The notes beneath the pieces were generated by a model. It did no database searches and was not told where the DNA came from. It saw only the letters and a list, made by a program, of their open reading frames with translations. From positions 64,001-128,000 of the forward strand of contig CAVYAN010000017.1 of the NCBI GenBank assembly GCA_963766075.1: 64,000 nt of DNA, given 5' to 3'. Of the stretch, positions 23,188 to 34,801 are shown in pieces. The position numbers and the translations under genes are program-made. The stretch's first letter is position 1. The number at the start of each line of letters is the position of its first letter. This DNA comes from an uncultured cyanobacterium. GTDB lineage: Bacteria > Cyanobacteriota > Cyanobacteriia > Leptolyngbyales > Leptolyngbyaceae.

Positions 23188-23598
23188 CTAGCCCGCTACG
23201 GTAATCTTCCCTGCCATGCCTGCGCCTTGGTGGGGAGCACAAAAGAAGCTGTAGTCGCCTGCAGGAGCATCCTTGGGAAAGGTAACATCAAAGGTTTGCC
23301 CGTCCATAGCCATTTGGGGATGGGAGAGGGACTTGGCCAAAGCCTTGTCCGCACCGGGAACCAGCTTGGCGTTGAAGATTACGTTGTGGGGTGGCACTTT
23401 GTTGATCACAAACTGCACCGTATCACCGGGTTTAACGGTGACATTGGCCGGTTCAAACACTAACATGCCGCTGTCGCTGCCCATTTTGATGGAAACCGTG
23501 GCGGCTTCAGCCGGAGCGACGGCCAGGGTCAGGCTACCGATAACCAGCAGGACAGCCGCCAGAGTAACCAAAAGACGTTTTGCGATGGAAGAAATCAT
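23188..23598 (-). CDS. petE: Plastocyanin precursor
   Basis: Signal peptide, [26 protein letters not shown] copper ligands. Confidence 0.95.
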   Translation of the reverse strand: MISSIAKRLLVTLAAVLLVIGSLTLAVAPAEAATVSIKMGSDSGMLVFEPANVTVKPGDTVQFVINKVPPHNVIFNAKLVPGADKALAKSLSHPQMAMDGQTFDVTFPKDAPAGDYSFFCAPHQGAGMAGKITVAG

Positions 23599-23716
23599 GG
23601 ATTTACAGTGTCCTTAAACGATGAAATGGCGTTGTGTACACATTTGTTCTCATTTTAGACTAGTTTGACGTTCTGTAAAACAATCAGAAAGGCGGATGGG
23701 GTAGGGATTACGGGGT

Positions 23717-24202
23717 TCACAATTTTGCCGTGCCCCAGCCCGGAGCGATTTCTGCCGATCGCAGCACAAATGCCGCTAATTTCTCCACTTCTGGGTCGGG
23801 TAGCCAACTTGCAGGAATCTCTCGGCAGGAAATAGCACTGTCCCGGCCATCATAGGTGCGGGGTTGACGAAAGAAGCGAACCAGTCCCACAATGCTGTCA
23901 CGGCGCGGGGTGGCTGCCCGAAGATCGGCCAAGGACAGGCTGACATTGGGTTCTAGTAGGGTGATACCACCAACATGGCAACTGAGGCAGTTTGCCTCGA
24001 ATACCTGTTTTCCGGTACTGAGGTCGGTGGCAGAGAAGGTTTGCTGATGACCCTCGGCATCCTGGGTCAGATCGACGGTATCGGTGACTTTGAGGTAGCG
24101 GGAGATATAGGCATCGATCGCAGCATGGGCCGGCAGGGTCCAAAGCAGCCATTGCAGGGTGAGCAGGCACAGCAGGAGCAACAGTCGAGGGCGTGGCAGC
24201 AT
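23717..24202 (-). CDS. psbV2: Cytochrome c550-like protein PsbV2
   Basis: CLSCH heme motif, PNVSLSL, YDG...SCRE; directly downstream of psbV. Confidence 0.88.
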   Translation of the reverse strand: MLPRPRLLLLLCLLTLQWLLWTLPAHAAIDAYISRYLKVTDTVDLTQDAEGHQQTFSATDLSTGKQVFEANCLSCHVGGITLLEPNVSLSLADLRAATPRRDSIVGLVRFFRQPRTYDGRDSAISCREIPASWLPDPEVEKLAAFVLRSAEIAPGWGTAKL

Positions 24203-24332
24203 GGCACGGCGGGAGGATGGGACTGGGGGGCCGAGAAGGGGGGCGACGGCAGGAGGCAGAATAGAACAAACTCCCCACCATCTATCACGATAGCGGGGAG
24301 CTGAATCAACGCGCGCTAAGAGAAACGGGGAT

Positions 24333-24824
24333 TTAATAGTAAATCTTGCCGCCGCCCCACTTGTCGCCCACAATCTTGGGCTGAAGCAGAACATGGCCCG
24401 CGATCGCCACCAGATCTTCCTTGGTCAGATTTTTCATTTCCGGGAAAGTGTCCTTGCTCTTGAGGCTGGGATGCACTTCAGCGATTGAGATTTCACCGTC
24501 ATAGCTGGTGGGGTCTTGCATGTAATCCACCAGGGCGGCGATGTTATTGCGCGGTGGCGTCGCTAAGGACAGCGATTCGGGATCTAAACCCACGTTCGGG
24601 TCGGTTTTGGTGACCCCCCCCGCGTGGCATTGCGCACAGGCATACTGGAATAAGCGCTTGCCTTCTTTAACTTGTTTCAGGTTGAGAGTAATGGTCGCGC
24701 CATCGGCGGTACTGGGGACGGTGCGGATGGTAGCGTCCAGTTCAGCAGCGGTCACGCTGCCCACAAATGTCTGAAACGCGAAGAATACAGTGGCTACTGC
24801 CAGCCAAATGTATCTTTTAAGCAT
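24333..24824 (-). CDS. psbV: Photosystem II cytochrome c550
   Basis: CAQCHAGGVTKT, PTSYDGE, HPS, KWGGGKIYY. Confidence 0.97.
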   Translation of the reverse strand: MLKRYIWLAVATVFFAFQTFVGSVTAAELDATIRTVPSTADGATITLNLKQVKEGKRLFQYACAQCHAGGVTKTDPNVGLDPESLSLATPPRNNIAALVDYMQDPTSYDGEISIAEVHPSLKSKDTFPEMKNLTKEDLVAIAGHVLLQPKIVGDKWGGGKIYY

Positions 24825-25152
24825 GGTTCTCCTTCGTGTGGCTCAGTAGGGGATTGTTAATAATGACGGGGGAGACTCAACCCGGTTTTTCTAATCCGGC
24901 TTTTCTAAAAACTTGGTTTAAAAAACCATTGGGATATTCACCCCAGCAGATTGAGTCGGTTCAATATGAATATCATGCCATTGCGCGGTCCCTTTCCCAA
25001 GCAGAAGCCGGGAGATTCATGGGCGGGGGATAATAAATTTTGTGCCTTGGTCCAGGGCGTGTGAGATACCTGGTGAGCACAGAACGACCGCAGAATGGCG
25101 GCGGCTATCCTGCGGCTTCTATGAGCCCCGTCGAGATCCCGTGGGTAGGGGG

Positions 25153-26106
25153 CTATTGAGCGTCGGGGGCGATCGCCGAAAAGGGTCGTGCGGCCAGATG
25201 ATGATTGGCGGGATGATCGGCGGGACTCAGGCGGGCGGGCAGCGTCGCGGGCCGATGCAGTCGAATTAGTTTAGCTAGGGTGGCTTTCAATTCCGTGCGG
25301 GGGATAATTTCATCAACGAAGCCGTGGGCTAGAGAGTATTCAGCCGTTTGAAAGTCATTGGGGAGTTTTTCCCGCACGGTTTGTTCAATCACGCGCCGCC
25401 CCGTGAACCCAATGGTGGCCTTGGGCTCTGCCAAAATCAGGTCGCCCAGCATGGCAAAGCTGGCAATCACCCCACCCGTGGTGGGATGGGTGAGGATGGG
25501 AATGTACAGCAAGCGGTGATCGCGATGGCGTTCTAGCGCGGCGGAAATTTTCGCCATTTGCATCAAGCTCAGCATGCCCTCCTGCATTCTGGCTCCCCCG
25601 GAGGCGCAGACGATGAAGACGGGTAAGCGTTCGCGGGTGCCCCGTTCGATCAGGCGGGTCAGTTTTTCACCCACGACGGACCCCATACTACCGCCCATGA
25701 AGCGGAAGTCCATGACCCCAAAGGCGACGGGTAAACCTTCGATTTGTCCGATACCCGTTTGGACCGCATCTAAGATTTTCAGTTTGTCTTGGGTTTCCCG
25801 CAGGCGATCGCTGTAGGCTTTTCGATCTTTGAACTGGAGGGGGTCGGTGGCATGGAGAGTTTCGTCCATGGGGAGCCAGGTGTTGGCGTCGATCACCTGG
25901 CGGATCCGCTCGTGGCTATCGACCCGAATATGGTGGCCACATTCCGGACATACCATTTGGTTAGCGCGGAGGTCCTTGGTATAGGTCAGGGCGCTACACT
26001 CGCCGCACTTGGACCAGAGGCCATCGGCAATTTCCCGCTCTTGTTGATCTTTGCTGATTGGATCTGTGTTTTTCTGGCGGTTAGCGAACCAATCAAATAA
26101 AGACAT
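25153..26106 (-). CDS. accD: Acetyl-CoA carboxylase carboxyltransferase beta subunit
   Basis: Zinc finger C-X2-C...C-X2-[27 protein letters not shown]. Confidence 0.97.
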   Translation of the reverse strand: MSLFDWFANRQKNTDPISKDQQEREIADGLWSKCGECSALTYTKDLRANQMVCPECGHHIRVDSHERIRQVIDANTWLPMDETLHATDPLQFKDRKAYSDRLRETQDKLKILDAVQTGIGQIEGLPVAFGVMDFRFMGGSMGSVVGEKLTRLIERGTRERLPVFIVCASGGARMQEGMLSLMQMAKISAALERHRDHRLLYIPILTHPTTGGVIASFAMLGDLILAEPKATIGFTGRRVIEQTVREKLPNDFQTAEYSLAHGFVDEIIPRTELKATLAKLIRLHRPATLPARLSPADHPANHHLAARPFSAIAPDAQ

Positions 26107-26398
26107 GGCGGTAGGGGCCTAGCGAAGTGCTGAATGATTATATCAAGTTCCTCTGGACACTTTTCTGGCCGTCTTACTTTGGCCATGATCCAGGGATCGC
26201 TATGATTTTGGCAGAGGGGAGGGCCGGGGAGCAGACGGCAGAGGGATGGAGGGGGGCGTTATAATAAATTTACGTAAAGAGTGGTAAAGAGTGGTCCGCC
26301 TCAAGTTGTCAAATTGATTGGCGTTTTCAACCGCGCCGCGCGATCGCCTCCTCTCAAGTTCACATCCCTCATACCTTCCCTTAAGATTTATATCCAAC

Positions 26399-27874
26399 AT
26401 GATCTTGCTATCCCCTACCCTCCTGCCCACTCTATCCGCGTTTCCGACCTACACCACCCGCACCACGACCCTCGATGCATCCTGGTCATCCCCCCTGTCC
26501 ACTCTGCTGGGTTTGGGGCGCGCCGCCGGGGCGGATTTTGTTGAATTTTTTCTAGAGCGCGTCAACTACATCAGCGCCATGGCCGAGCAGGATGCCATCA
26601 CCAGCATTTCACCCCGCCTATCAACGGGCGCGGGCATTCGCGTGTTTCGTGGCGCTGTAGACTGCTATGTCAGCACCAATGACTTGACCTTTACCGGTTT
26701 GAAAGCCGCCTTAGAAAAGGCGCTGTCCATCCTGGGCTTGCACTTGCCTTCTGCTGTTTCCTATATTCCGGAAATCAATCTGGAACCCCTCCGGGACTAC
26801 GCCAGTCTGCGCGGTAAAGAATCCTGGCTCAGCGAGTCCAGTCCCATGCAGGAAATGGGCGATGTCCTCCTCAGCGCCAATGCACAACTGGCCAAACAGG
26901 CCACCCACATTCAATCCCGCAAGGCAATCTATTTTCGCGATTGGCAAGAAGTGTTGGTCGCCGCCAGTGACGGCACCTTTGCCCGGGACATTCGCCTCAC
27001 CCAGTCCGTGGGCTTTAGCCTGCTGTGCGCCGACGGCGAACATCGGTCTTCCATTGGCCAGCGGGAAGGTAACACCGGCGATCCGAGCTTCCTACGCAAT
27101 TGGAACGCTGAAAAAACCGCTGCTGACCTCGCCGAGTCGGCGGGCAAAATGCTGTACGCCGATTATGTGGAGTCGGGCAACTATCCCATTGTGATGGCCA
27201 ACAAATTTGGCGGGGTGATTTTCCACGAAGCCTGCGGCCATTTGCTGGAAACAACCCAAATCGAAAAACGGACGACGCCGTTTATGGAGAAGAAAGGCGA
27301 AAAAATCGCCAACGAGAATTTGACTGCTTGGGATGAAGGGCTGACCAGCGATGCCTTCGGCACCATTGATATGGACGATGAAGGCATGCCCGCCCAACGC
27401 ACGCTGTTGATTGAAAATGGCATTTTGAAGAATTTCATTAGCGATCGCGCCGGTTTTGTGCGCACGGGCCATCCCCGCACGGGCAGTGGCCGTCGCCAAA
27501 ACTACACCTATGCCGCCGCCTCGCGGATGCGGAATACCTACATTGCCCCCGGCAATTTCTCCCTGGATGATATCTTCGCCTCCATCGACAAAGGCATTTA
27601 CTGCAAGAAAATGGGGGGTGGCAGTGTCGGAGCCACAGGCCAGTTCAACTTCTCGGTTGATGAAGCCTACTTAATCGAAAAGGGCAAAGTCACCAAGCCT
27701 CTGAAGGGAGCCACCTTGATCGGCGATGCCCAGGAAATCATGAACAAAATTTCTATGTGTTCCCAGGACTTGGATCTCGCCGCTGGATTCTGTGGCTCCG
27801 TCAGCGGCAGCGTTTACGTCACCGTGGGCCAGCCCCACCTGAAGGTGGATGGCATTACGGTCGGTGGACGCTAG
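26399..27874 (+). CDS. tldD: TldD family metalloprotease
   Basis: [26 protein letters not shown]-terminal [17 protein letters not shown]. Confidence 0.92.
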   Translation: MILLSPTLLPTLSAFPTYTTRTTTLDASWSSPLSTLLGLGRAAGADFVEFFLERVNYISAMAEQDAITSISPRLSTGAGIRVFRGAVDCYVSTNDLTFTGLKAALEKALSILGLHLPSAVSYIPEINLEPLRDYASLRGKESWLSESSPMQEMGDVLLSANAQLAKQATHIQSRKAIYFRDWQEVLVAASDGTFARDIRLTQSVGFSLLCADGEHRSSIGQREGNTGDPSFLRNWNAEKTAADLAESAGKMLYADYVESGNYPIVMANKFGGVIFHEACGHLLETTQIEKRTTPFMEKKGEKIANENLTAWDEGLTSDAFGTIDMDDEGMPAQRTLLIENGILKNFISDRAGFVRTGHPRTGSGRRQNYTYAAASRMRNTYIAPGNFSLDDIFASIDKGIYCKKMGGGSVGATGQFNFSVDEAYLIEKGKVTKPLKGATLIGDAQEIMNKISMCSQDLDLAAGFCGSVSGSVYVTVGQPHLKVDGITVGGR

Positions 27875-28076
27875 GCAATCGCGGCCTACTCCTATAGCCA
27901 ACAAAATGCAAAATCCTTCACCATCAGCCTGTTGCGGGCTGTGCATCGGTGTTCTATGAGTGCCGTCATGTACTGGCCGTCAATCTTAGCGCAAGCAACT
28001 TAGCACAGCCAACTGAGTGCGACCCAAAATCCAAAATCCTCTAGCAAAGCGGCACTTAGCGCTATCTAAAACTCCT

Positions 28077-29417
28077 ATGACTAGCATCACTGAATTAGCC
28101 ACACAGGTTCAATCCGCTGCAACGCGTCTCAATGTCAAAAAATATGACATTTATGGGGCGACTATTGATGAAACGACCGCCAAAGTAGACCAGGGTAAGC
28201 CCGACCAAGTCAAAGCCTCTAATCGTTCCAGTGTCACTGTCCGGGTCTGGAATGATCACAACACGATGGGTATTACTTCGACCACCGATGTCGATCCCAT
28301 TGGCCTGGAGCTTGCCTTAAAAACCGCTTACGAAGCCAGTTTCTTTGGCGTGAAGGAAAATGTGCCGGACTTTAGCCCTGCGGCCACAGATCCCCTAGCC
28401 CAGGAACTCCATGCAAAAGCCCCGCAAGCGCCTGTGTCTGTGCTGTTGGAGAAGCTGATCGCGGCGGAACAGGCATTGCTCAACGCGCACCCCGCGATCG
28501 CCTCTGTTCCCTACAACGGCATTGCCCAGCGGGATGTGGATCATTTTTACCTCAATAGTGCAGGCTCTCTGCGGGTAGAAGCCTCTTCCACCGCTTCGCT
28601 GTATCTATACACCAAAACCGAGGAAGCCGACAGAAAGCCCCGCAGTGCTGGAGCCTTCCGCGTGAGTCGCGGCCTAGAAGCCCTCGACATTGCCGGGTGC
28701 TTACAGGAATCGGCTGAAAAAACCATCAGCCACCTCAATTACGAAAAAATTACGACTGGAAAGTATCGCGTGGTGTTCTCTCCGGAAGCCTTTCTGAGTT
28801 TGCTGGGGGCGTTCTCGAATATGTTCAATGCCCAGAGCATTTTGGATAATCAGAGTTTGTCTACGGTGGATTCTTTAGGAGAGGCGATCGCATCCCCTCT
28901 CCTCTCCGTGGCCGACGATGCTCTGCACCCTAGCAATATTGGCATTACCACCTTTGATGGCGAAGGCACCCCCACCGGACGGGTTTCCCTGATCACTGAA
29001 GGCGTGCTGACCCACTTCTTGCACAGTGCGGGCACCGCCAAACGCCTGAACACACAGCCCACGGGACATGCCAATATGGGAGCCAAGGTCACCGTCAGCC
29101 CCCATTTCTACCATGTCTTTCCGGGACAAGCCCCAACGGCAACCTACAGCCTAGAAAACGCGGAAAATGTAGTGCTAATCGACGATTTGCAAGCACTCCA
29201 CGCAGGGGTGCAGGCCCTGCAAGGATCGTTTTCCCTGCCCTTTGATGGTTGGTTGGTCAATAAGGGCAAACGCACCAGCATTGAATCCGCTACGGTGGCG
29301 GGCGATTTCCGTGAGGTGTTGAAGTCAATTATCTACGTTGAACCAGAGGCCCATCTCACTCCGGGCGGTATTTGTCCCTATGTGTGGATTAATGAATTGT
29401 CCATTACGGGTGAATAA
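28077..29417 (+). CDS. tldE: TldE/PmbA family protein
   Basis: FDGEG, GSFSLP, ATVAG; follows tldD. Confidence 0.88.
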   Translation: MTSITELATQVQSAATRLNVKKYDIYGATIDETTAKVDQGKPDQVKASNRSSVTVRVWNDHNTMGITSTTDVDPIGLELALKTAYEASFFGVKENVPDFSPAATDPLAQELHAKAPQAPVSVLLEKLIAAEQALLNAHPAIASVPYNGIAQRDVDHFYLNSAGSLRVEASSTASLYLYTKTEEADRKPRSAGAFRVSRGLEALDIAGCLQESAEKTISHLNYEKITTGKYRVVFSPEAFLSLLGAFSNMFNAQSILDNQSLSTVDSLGEAIASPLLSVADDALHPSNIGITTFDGEGTPTGRVSLITEGVLTHFLHSAGTAKRLNTQPTGHANMGAKVTVSPHFYHVFPGQAPTATYSLENAENVVLIDDLQALHAGVQALQGSFSLPFDGWLVNKGKRTSIESATVAGDFREVLKSIIYVEPEAHLTPGGICPYVWINELSITGE

Positions 29418-29599
29418 GGCGATTTCCGACAAATAATATCCCTGCTGCTGGCTGAGCGGAGCCGAAGCCAGCAAGAGATTGCTCCCTTCGACTTCGCTCA
29501 GGGAGCGATTTTTCGCGGGCTGAGCAGAGCCGTAGTTCACTTCCCGCAGGGTAGCCAGCGGGTATACTATTGGTCGAAAACTATTGGTCGAAAATCGCC
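29418..29599. mobile_element. MITE copy filling the tldE-hslO intergenic gap
   Basis: Left end GGCGATTTCCGACAAATAATAT, right end AAAATCGCC, internal GGCTGAGCGGAGCCGAAGCC and CCCTTCGACTTCGCTCAGGG palindromes. Confidence 0.75.
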
Positions 29600-30511
29600 C
29601 TAGACTTCGGCTTGGCGTTGATCGACTTGCAATTGATCAATCAATTGAGTCAGTTCTCGAGAGTCTGCGTGGTAAACATTGCCGCAAAATTCACAAATCG
29701 CTTCGGCCCCATTGTCCTCGATAATCATGCTGGACAGTTCGTCAATGCTGAATAACCGAAGAGCGCTGAGGGCACGTTCGCGGGAACAATGGCAGTGAAA
29801 TCGCAGCAACTGGACCTCTGGCATGATCTGCAAATCGAGATCACCCAGTAGATTGATAAAAATGTCTGTCAGAGAGTTGCCCGCTTTGAGCAAAGCCGTA
29901 AACCCTGACAGAGAAGCGATGCGGGATTCTAACAGAGCCACCAAGGGCTCATTATTAGCCGCTTGGGGCAGAATTTGAATCAGCAATCCGCCCGCTGCAG
30001 TAACGCCGCTAGTGTCGATAAACTCGCCCAAAATCAACGCCGAAGGCGTTTGTTCGGAAGTAGCCAGATAGTGGGCAATATCCTCGCCAATTTCTCCCGA
30101 CACAATTTCTACCGTGCTGGAATAGGGATAGCCATAGCCCACATCCCGCACGACGTAGACATAGCCCTCGCGACCCACGGCCGTGCCAACATCTAACCTG
30201 CCGTCGCGATTCGGCAGTAGTTCCAAGGCAGGATGGCCGACATAACCGCGCACACTGCCGTCGAGCCCCGCATCCACCATGACTCCAGCGAGTGGACCAT
30301 CGCCCTTCATCCGCAGGTTAACCCGCGATTGCGATCGCTTCATGTTGGATGCCAGCAGCAGGCCCGCTGTCATGGTGCGTCCCAGGGCGGCGGTGGCCAC
30401 ATAGGAAAGCTGGTGACGTTGGCGGGCTTCCTCTGTGAGGCGGGTGGTGATGGCACCCACGACCCGAATCCCGCCATTGGCGGCGGTTGCCCGAATTAAC
30501 TGGTCTGCCAT
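29600..30511 (-). CDS. hslO: Hsp33 redox-regulated chaperone
   Basis: ALGRTMTA, SEQTPS, AAGGLLIQ, CHC...CEFC zinc switch. Confidence 0.95.
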   Translation of the reverse strand: MADQLIRATAANGGIRVVGAITTRLTEEARQRHQLSYVATAALGRTMTAGLLLASNMKRSQSRVNLRMKGDGPLAGVMVDAGLDGSVRGYVGHPALELLPNRDGRLDVGTAVGREGYVYVVRDVGYGYPYSSTVEIVSGEIGEDIAHYLATSEQTPSALILGEFIDTSGVTAAGGLLIQILPQAANNEPLVALLESRIASLSGFTALLKAGNSLTDIFINLLGDLDLQIMPEVQLLRFHCHCSRERALSALRLFSIDELSSMIIEDNGAEAICEFCGNVYHADSRELTQLIDQLQVDQRQAEV

Positions 30512-30625
30512 GCCCTAGTCCTAACGTTTCTTTACAATTTTTTCTATTCTACAGGGCAGGGGTGAGCGGTAGGAGAATTTGTCCCGGGGGCATCGGGAAT
30601 GATGGGGTGCGAAAGCGATCGCGGC

Positions 30626-30919
30626 CTATAGATTCGGTCTGGGCAGAATCCGCAGAAACTTAACCAGTTGCCCGGTGATTTCTAGCCCGATCAGGTATTG
30701 ATCAAGGGTGAAGCGGTAGAAAATACTATTCGCGCTGAGCTGCTGGAATTCCGGCAGATCGTGCAGGGGATGAACGCTATAGAAATCCTCGAAAATGAAG
30801 CGGAGCACTTGGTGGCGGGCATCGGCCTCCAACCCTTCAATGTCCAGCAAAAAGGATCGGGCGTAGCGGACTTCTAAGCCGGCAGGAATGCGAGTTTTGG
30901 GACAGGGCAGGGATGGCAT
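30626..30919 (-). CDS. RelE/ParE-like protein
   Basis: VRYARSFLLD...YRF....YLIG......V.F.RIL resembles the RelE fold; downstream of a small antitoxin-sized gene. Confidence 0.55.
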   Translation of the reverse strand: MPSLPCPKTRIPAGLEVRYARSFLLDIEGLEADARHQVLRFIFEDFYSVHPLHDLPEFQQLSANSIFYRFTLDQYLIGLEITGQLVKFLRILPRPNL

Positions 30920-30946
30920 GGCAATCGGGCAAAGGAATCGAGGGCA

Positions 30947-31144
30947 CTAAAGCAGAGAAAGGAACCGGAGGGCTTCATCCCGGGTCAGGGTATCGCCGGG
31001 ATTGCGCAATCGCTGACCCTCCTGAATGGCTTGCAAGAGATAGAAGTTGTAGTAAATATCAGTCAGAACGGTTCCGAGGCTTTTCAGTTCCTCTTCGGGC
31101 AGTTGATCAATCAAACGGTGGAGACGATTTCTCAGAAAATCCAT
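30947..31144 (-). CDS. Small antitoxin-like protein
   Basis: MDFLRNRLHRLIDQLPEEEL...LTRDEALRFL; paired with the RelE-like gene. Confidence 0.55.
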   Translation of the reverse strand: MDFLRNRLHRLIDQLPEEELKSLGTVLTDIYYNFYLLQAIQEGQRLRNPGDTLTRDEALRFLSLL

Positions 31145-31416
31145 CGGCGGTTCTCCCAGGGATGTACGCAGCCCAGATAGCTCACACAAGCTAGGGTTCC
31201 CAGAATTTTATCGGAGACGACTGTCTGTCGGAGATGACTGGCTGTTGGAGATGGCTGGCTGTCGGAGATAACGGGCTGGAGTCTGGAGAATCTCGCTACA
31301 GTCAGAAGCCCCCAGGTGGGGTAGGATGCAGGAGCTGAAGAAGAATTAAAAATTAAAAATGGGGAACCCGTGGGGGGAGGCATTTTTAATTGTTATGACA
31401 ATGGATTGCAGTTGGC

Positions 31417-32550
31417 ATGTTTAACGTTGATTACCTGATTTTTACGGCGATCTATGCGCTATTTAGCCTGGGATTAAACCTGCAATGGGGGTTTACGGGG
31501 CTGATTAATTTTGGGCATGGGGCATTTATGGCGGTGGGGGCCTACACCACGGTTTTACTGAGTATTCGAGGGGTGCCTCTGGGGTTGGCCGCGCTGGCGG
31601 GGGGAGCGATCGCAGCGGGTTTAGGGTTGTTGATTGGTCTGAGCACCCTGCGCCTGCGGGAGGACTATCTTTCGATTGTGACGGTGGGTGTTGCGGAGGT
31701 GGTTCGGTTAATTGCCTCGAATGAAGAATGGCTAACCCAAGGCACCTTTGGCATTCAAAGGTTTCCTTTGCCCCTCGAAGCCTTTCGTCCGACACTGTTT
31801 AGCAAGCTGGTGATGGTGGCAATTGTGTCGGGGATTGTGGGCATTGTCTACTGGCGGCTGGGCCAATGGTTGCGGCAGCGGATTCAAGCCGGTCCGGGTC
31901 TGTTTCGGGATCTGCGGTTGGGCTGTGCGATCGCCTTTGCGGGGTTGGGGCTGTGGCTCTATGGAGTATGCGTGGTGGCATTGCTCAATTTCACCGAGAA
32001 TGCGGCGACCAATGGGTTGATGTTTGTTGCCATCATTGCGGTAGCGGTGACCTACTGGCGACTGGAGGTGCTGGTGCGATCGCCCTGGGGCCGCATTCTC
32101 AAAGCCATCCGAGAGGATGAAGAGGTGGCGAAGGCCCTGGGTAAGAATGTTTTTTGGTATAAGCTGCAATCTTTAATGCTGGGCGGCTTTATTGCAGGGA
32201 TTGCGGGGGCGTTGTTTGCCTGGAAGCTGAGTTCTGTTTATCCGGACACCTTTGGTCCATTGATTACGTTTTACGCCTGGACCGTGGTGGTGATGGGCGG
32301 GGCGGGCAGCAATGCGGGCACGATTGTGGGGGCGATGATTTTTTGGGGGTATTTTACCGTGTCGCGGTTTGCGTTACCGGCGATCGCCCCGACGCTGCAT
32401 GCGGTGATTCCGTTGATTCCGGAACGGTTAGATGATGCCCGTTTGGGGGCTTTTCGCCTGATGCTGATTGGCCTGTTGCTGGTGGTGCTGATGATGGTGC
32501 GGCCCCAGGGCATTTTGGGCAATCGGGATGAGCTAACCTTGGGCCGATGA
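31417..32550 (+). CDS. Branched-chain/neutral amino acid ABC permease (LivM/NatC type)
   Basis: LNLQWGFTGLINFGH, LRLREDYL, AIREDE, RPQGILG. Confidence 0.9.
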   Translation: MFNVDYLIFTAIYALFSLGLNLQWGFTGLINFGHGAFMAVGAYTTVLLSIRGVPLGLAALAGGAIAAGLGLLIGLSTLRLREDYLSIVTVGVAEVVRLIASNEEWLTQGTFGIQRFPLPLEAFRPTLFSKLVMVAIVSGIVGIVYWRLGQWLRQRIQAGPGLFRDLRLGCAIAFAGLGLWLYGVCVVALLNFTENAATNGLMFVAIIAVAVTYWRLEVLVRSPWGRILKAIREDEEVAKALGKNVFWYKLQSLMLGGFIAGIAGALFAWKLSSVYPDTFGPLITFYAWTVVVMGGAGSNAGTIVGAMIFWGYFTVSRFALPAIAPTLHAVIPLIPERLDDARLGAFRLMLIGLLLVVLMMVRPQGILGNRDELTLGR

Positions 32551-32720
32551 GTCTGGGTGTGCCCCTGGGAGGCAGATCGGATATCCGGGCTGATGGGACA
32601 GCGATCCATATTCGATTTATTTCGATCTATATTGCTTCTGGTATGCAGAATTCGCGCCCAATCACGGTTGTATCATTTTGTGCCAGTCTTGTGCCAGATA
32701 ATTGTTGCATTGATTAAGGA

Positions 32721-33500
32721 GTGGAACCGGTGAGTCATGCGATCACGCCGCTGTTAGCGGCCAATGGACTAGTGAAACAATTTGGAGCATTGACGGCGGT
32801 GGATCGGGTATCCATTGAGGTGGCTCCGGGCAGTGTGACGGGCTTGATTGGCCCAAATGGGGCGGGCAAGACGACGCTGTTTAACCTGTTATCGAGCTTT
32901 ATCACGGCGGATCGGGGGCAGGTGGTGTTTGATGGGGAACCGATCGCCCATCGCCAGTGCTATCAAATTGCTCAGATGGGTATGGTGCGGACGTTTCAGG
33001 TGGCACGGGTGCTGTCGCGGCTCTCGGTGATGGAAAATATGCTGCTCGCTACCCAGAAGCAGGCGGGTGAGAATTTTTGGAATACTTGGCTGGGCGGACG
33101 GGCGATTATGCAGGAGGAACGGGAGCAACGCGATCGCGCCATGACGATTTTGGAATCCGTGGGGTTGGCCCACAAGGCCCACGACTATGCGGGGGGCCTG
33201 TCGGGGGGACAGCGCAAGCTGCTGGAAATGGGGCGGGCGTTGATGACGAATCCCAAGCTGATTTTGCTGGATGAGCCAGCCGCGGGGGTAAATCCCACGT
33301 TGATTAATCAGATTTGCGATCGCATTCAAACTTGGAACCGTGAGGGCATGACGTTTCTGATTATTGAGCACAATATGGATGTGATTATGTCCCTGTGCGA
33401 TCGGGTTTGGGTGCTGGCGGATGGAAAGAATTTGGCGGTGGGTACGCCTCAGGAAATTCAAACCAATGCCCAGGTTCTAGAAGCGTACTTAGGGCAATAA
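32721..33500 (+). CDS. Branched-chain/neutral amino acid ABC ATPase (LivG/NatA type)
   Basis: GPNGAGKTT, LSGGQRK, LLDEPAAGVN, IEHNMD. Confidence 0.92.
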   Translation: MEPVSHAITPLLAANGLVKQFGALTAVDRVSIEVAPGSVTGLIGPNGAGKTTLFNLLSSFITADRGQVVFDGEPIAHRQCYQIAQMGMVRTFQVARVLSRLSVMENMLLATQKQAGENFWNTWLGGRAIMQEEREQRDRAMTILESVGLAHKAHDYAGGLSGGQRKLLEMGRALMTNPKLILLDEPAAGVNPTLINQICDRIQTWNREGMTFLIIEHNMDVIMSLCDRVWVLADGKNLAVGTPQEIQTNAQVLEAYLGQ

Positions 33501-33626
33501 GCTCACTTGGGGCAATAAAGGGTGGCAATCCTGATCCCTAGCTGCTCGCAGGCATGGGATTCTGGGCGCTGCTGCATTTGGATTTGCATATACTTTTTGA
33601 ATATCAAAACCAGTTTGTTTTCCCTC

Positions 33627-34139
33627 TCATGGCTGCAATATCTGTTTTGGGATCTCACGCTGATCACTTTGCAAATCCAAGGAGTATCCCAGGCGTTGCG
33701 CTTTTTGGGCTAGCCCTTGTTCTGGACTGAGAACCTGCACCGTCCAATCGTCATGACACACGGCCCAATAGATTTTGTTTGATCCGGTGTTATAACCGAA
33801 TACTTCGCCGCCCGGATTGAGATAGTGCACGTACAGTAAATTTTTGTCTGCGGAGTCGCTAAATGCTAGGAAGGGTTGTCTCGTCGAGCAATAGACCCAG
33901 TTAATGCTACGGTTGGTTCCGCTCTTCGATTTGGTTTCAAGTTCAACCTTGTAAAGTTGGCTGGTTACGCCTGCCAGACGATCTTGCGCAACCCGCTTTT
34001 TATTGAGCACAAAGGTTTCCCAGCAGCTCCCTTGACGGCATCCGGCATCAACGAGTTGCTTTGCCTGGGCAGAAAATGGGATCAGCACGGCGGTTAAGAC
34101 CCCAAGAATGGATGCAAGCTTCAGCGATCTAAGCTGCAA
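33627..34139 (-). CDS. Hypothetical secreted protein
   Basis: 170-aa ORF with an AQA signal peptide and four Cys. Confidence 0.65.
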   Translation of the reverse strand: MQLRSLKLASILGVLTAVLIPFSAQAKQLVDAGCRQGSCWETFVLNKKRVAQDRLAGVTSQLYKVELETKSKSGTNRSINWVYCSTRQPFLAFSDSADKNLLYVHYLNPGGEVFGYNTGSNKIYWAVCHDDWTVQVLSPEQGLAQKAQRLGYSLDLQSDQREIPKQILQP

Positions 34140-34261
34140 CGAGTAAGCTTCAACGTACTTGTCATTTTCTCAACCTTTCTGCTAGCGCTCATGCTGCTTA
34201 CCCCTCCACATAATTCTAGGAAATCATCCCTGATCCGGAAAAGGCGCAGCGCTCGCCCTGA

Positions 34262-34361
34262 GGAGATTTCCGGTAAAGATTCTACCCTTCGACTTCGCTC
34301 AGGGTGCAAGCTGGCTTCGACTCCGCTCAGCCAGCGGGTATTTTGTTTAACAGAAATCACC
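34262..34361. mobile_element. Short diverged MITE copy with a TGA target duplication
   Basis: Ends GGAGATTTC / GAAATCACC, flanked by TGA on both sides, internal CCCTTCGACTTCGCTCAGGG palindrome. Confidence 0.65.
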
Positions 34362-34588
34362 TGAGTTCCGACAATGTAATGCCAACAGCGATCACGGCGC
34401 ATAGGGTGGGGCGATCGTGGTTTGAGCTATTTGTCCGGTGATCTTGCAATTAGCCTGTACTTCTTGATATGACTTGATATGAATGGAGCGGGAGGCGGCA
34501 TGCTCAGAGAAAGGGGGCGGCGGGCAATGCGAAACTATGGGTTGGGCCGCGGCATTCCTTTCTGGGCGATTAGAATGGGAGTAGAAGG

Positions 34589-34801
34589 ATGCCGAGAAAA
34601 ATCCGAGAACTTAAGCAACTGTTGCGACGGACGGGGTTTCAAGAATTGCCAGGGAAAGGTAGTCACACGAACTGGATACATCCGCTTTATGTCGGTAAGG
34701 TTACGGTTTCTGGAAAAGATGGTGCGGATGCCAAGCCTTATCAAGAAAAAGAAATTTTGAGTGCGATTCAGGTGGTTAAGGAGCAGCAGGATGATCTCTA
34801 G
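34589..34801 (+). CDS. hicA: HicA family toxin
   Basis: MPRKIRELK...GF...GKGSH..W.HP. Confidence 0.9.
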   Translation: MPRKIRELKQLLRRTGFQELPGKGSHTNWIHPLYVGKVTVSGKDGADAKPYQEKEILSAIQVVKEQQDDL

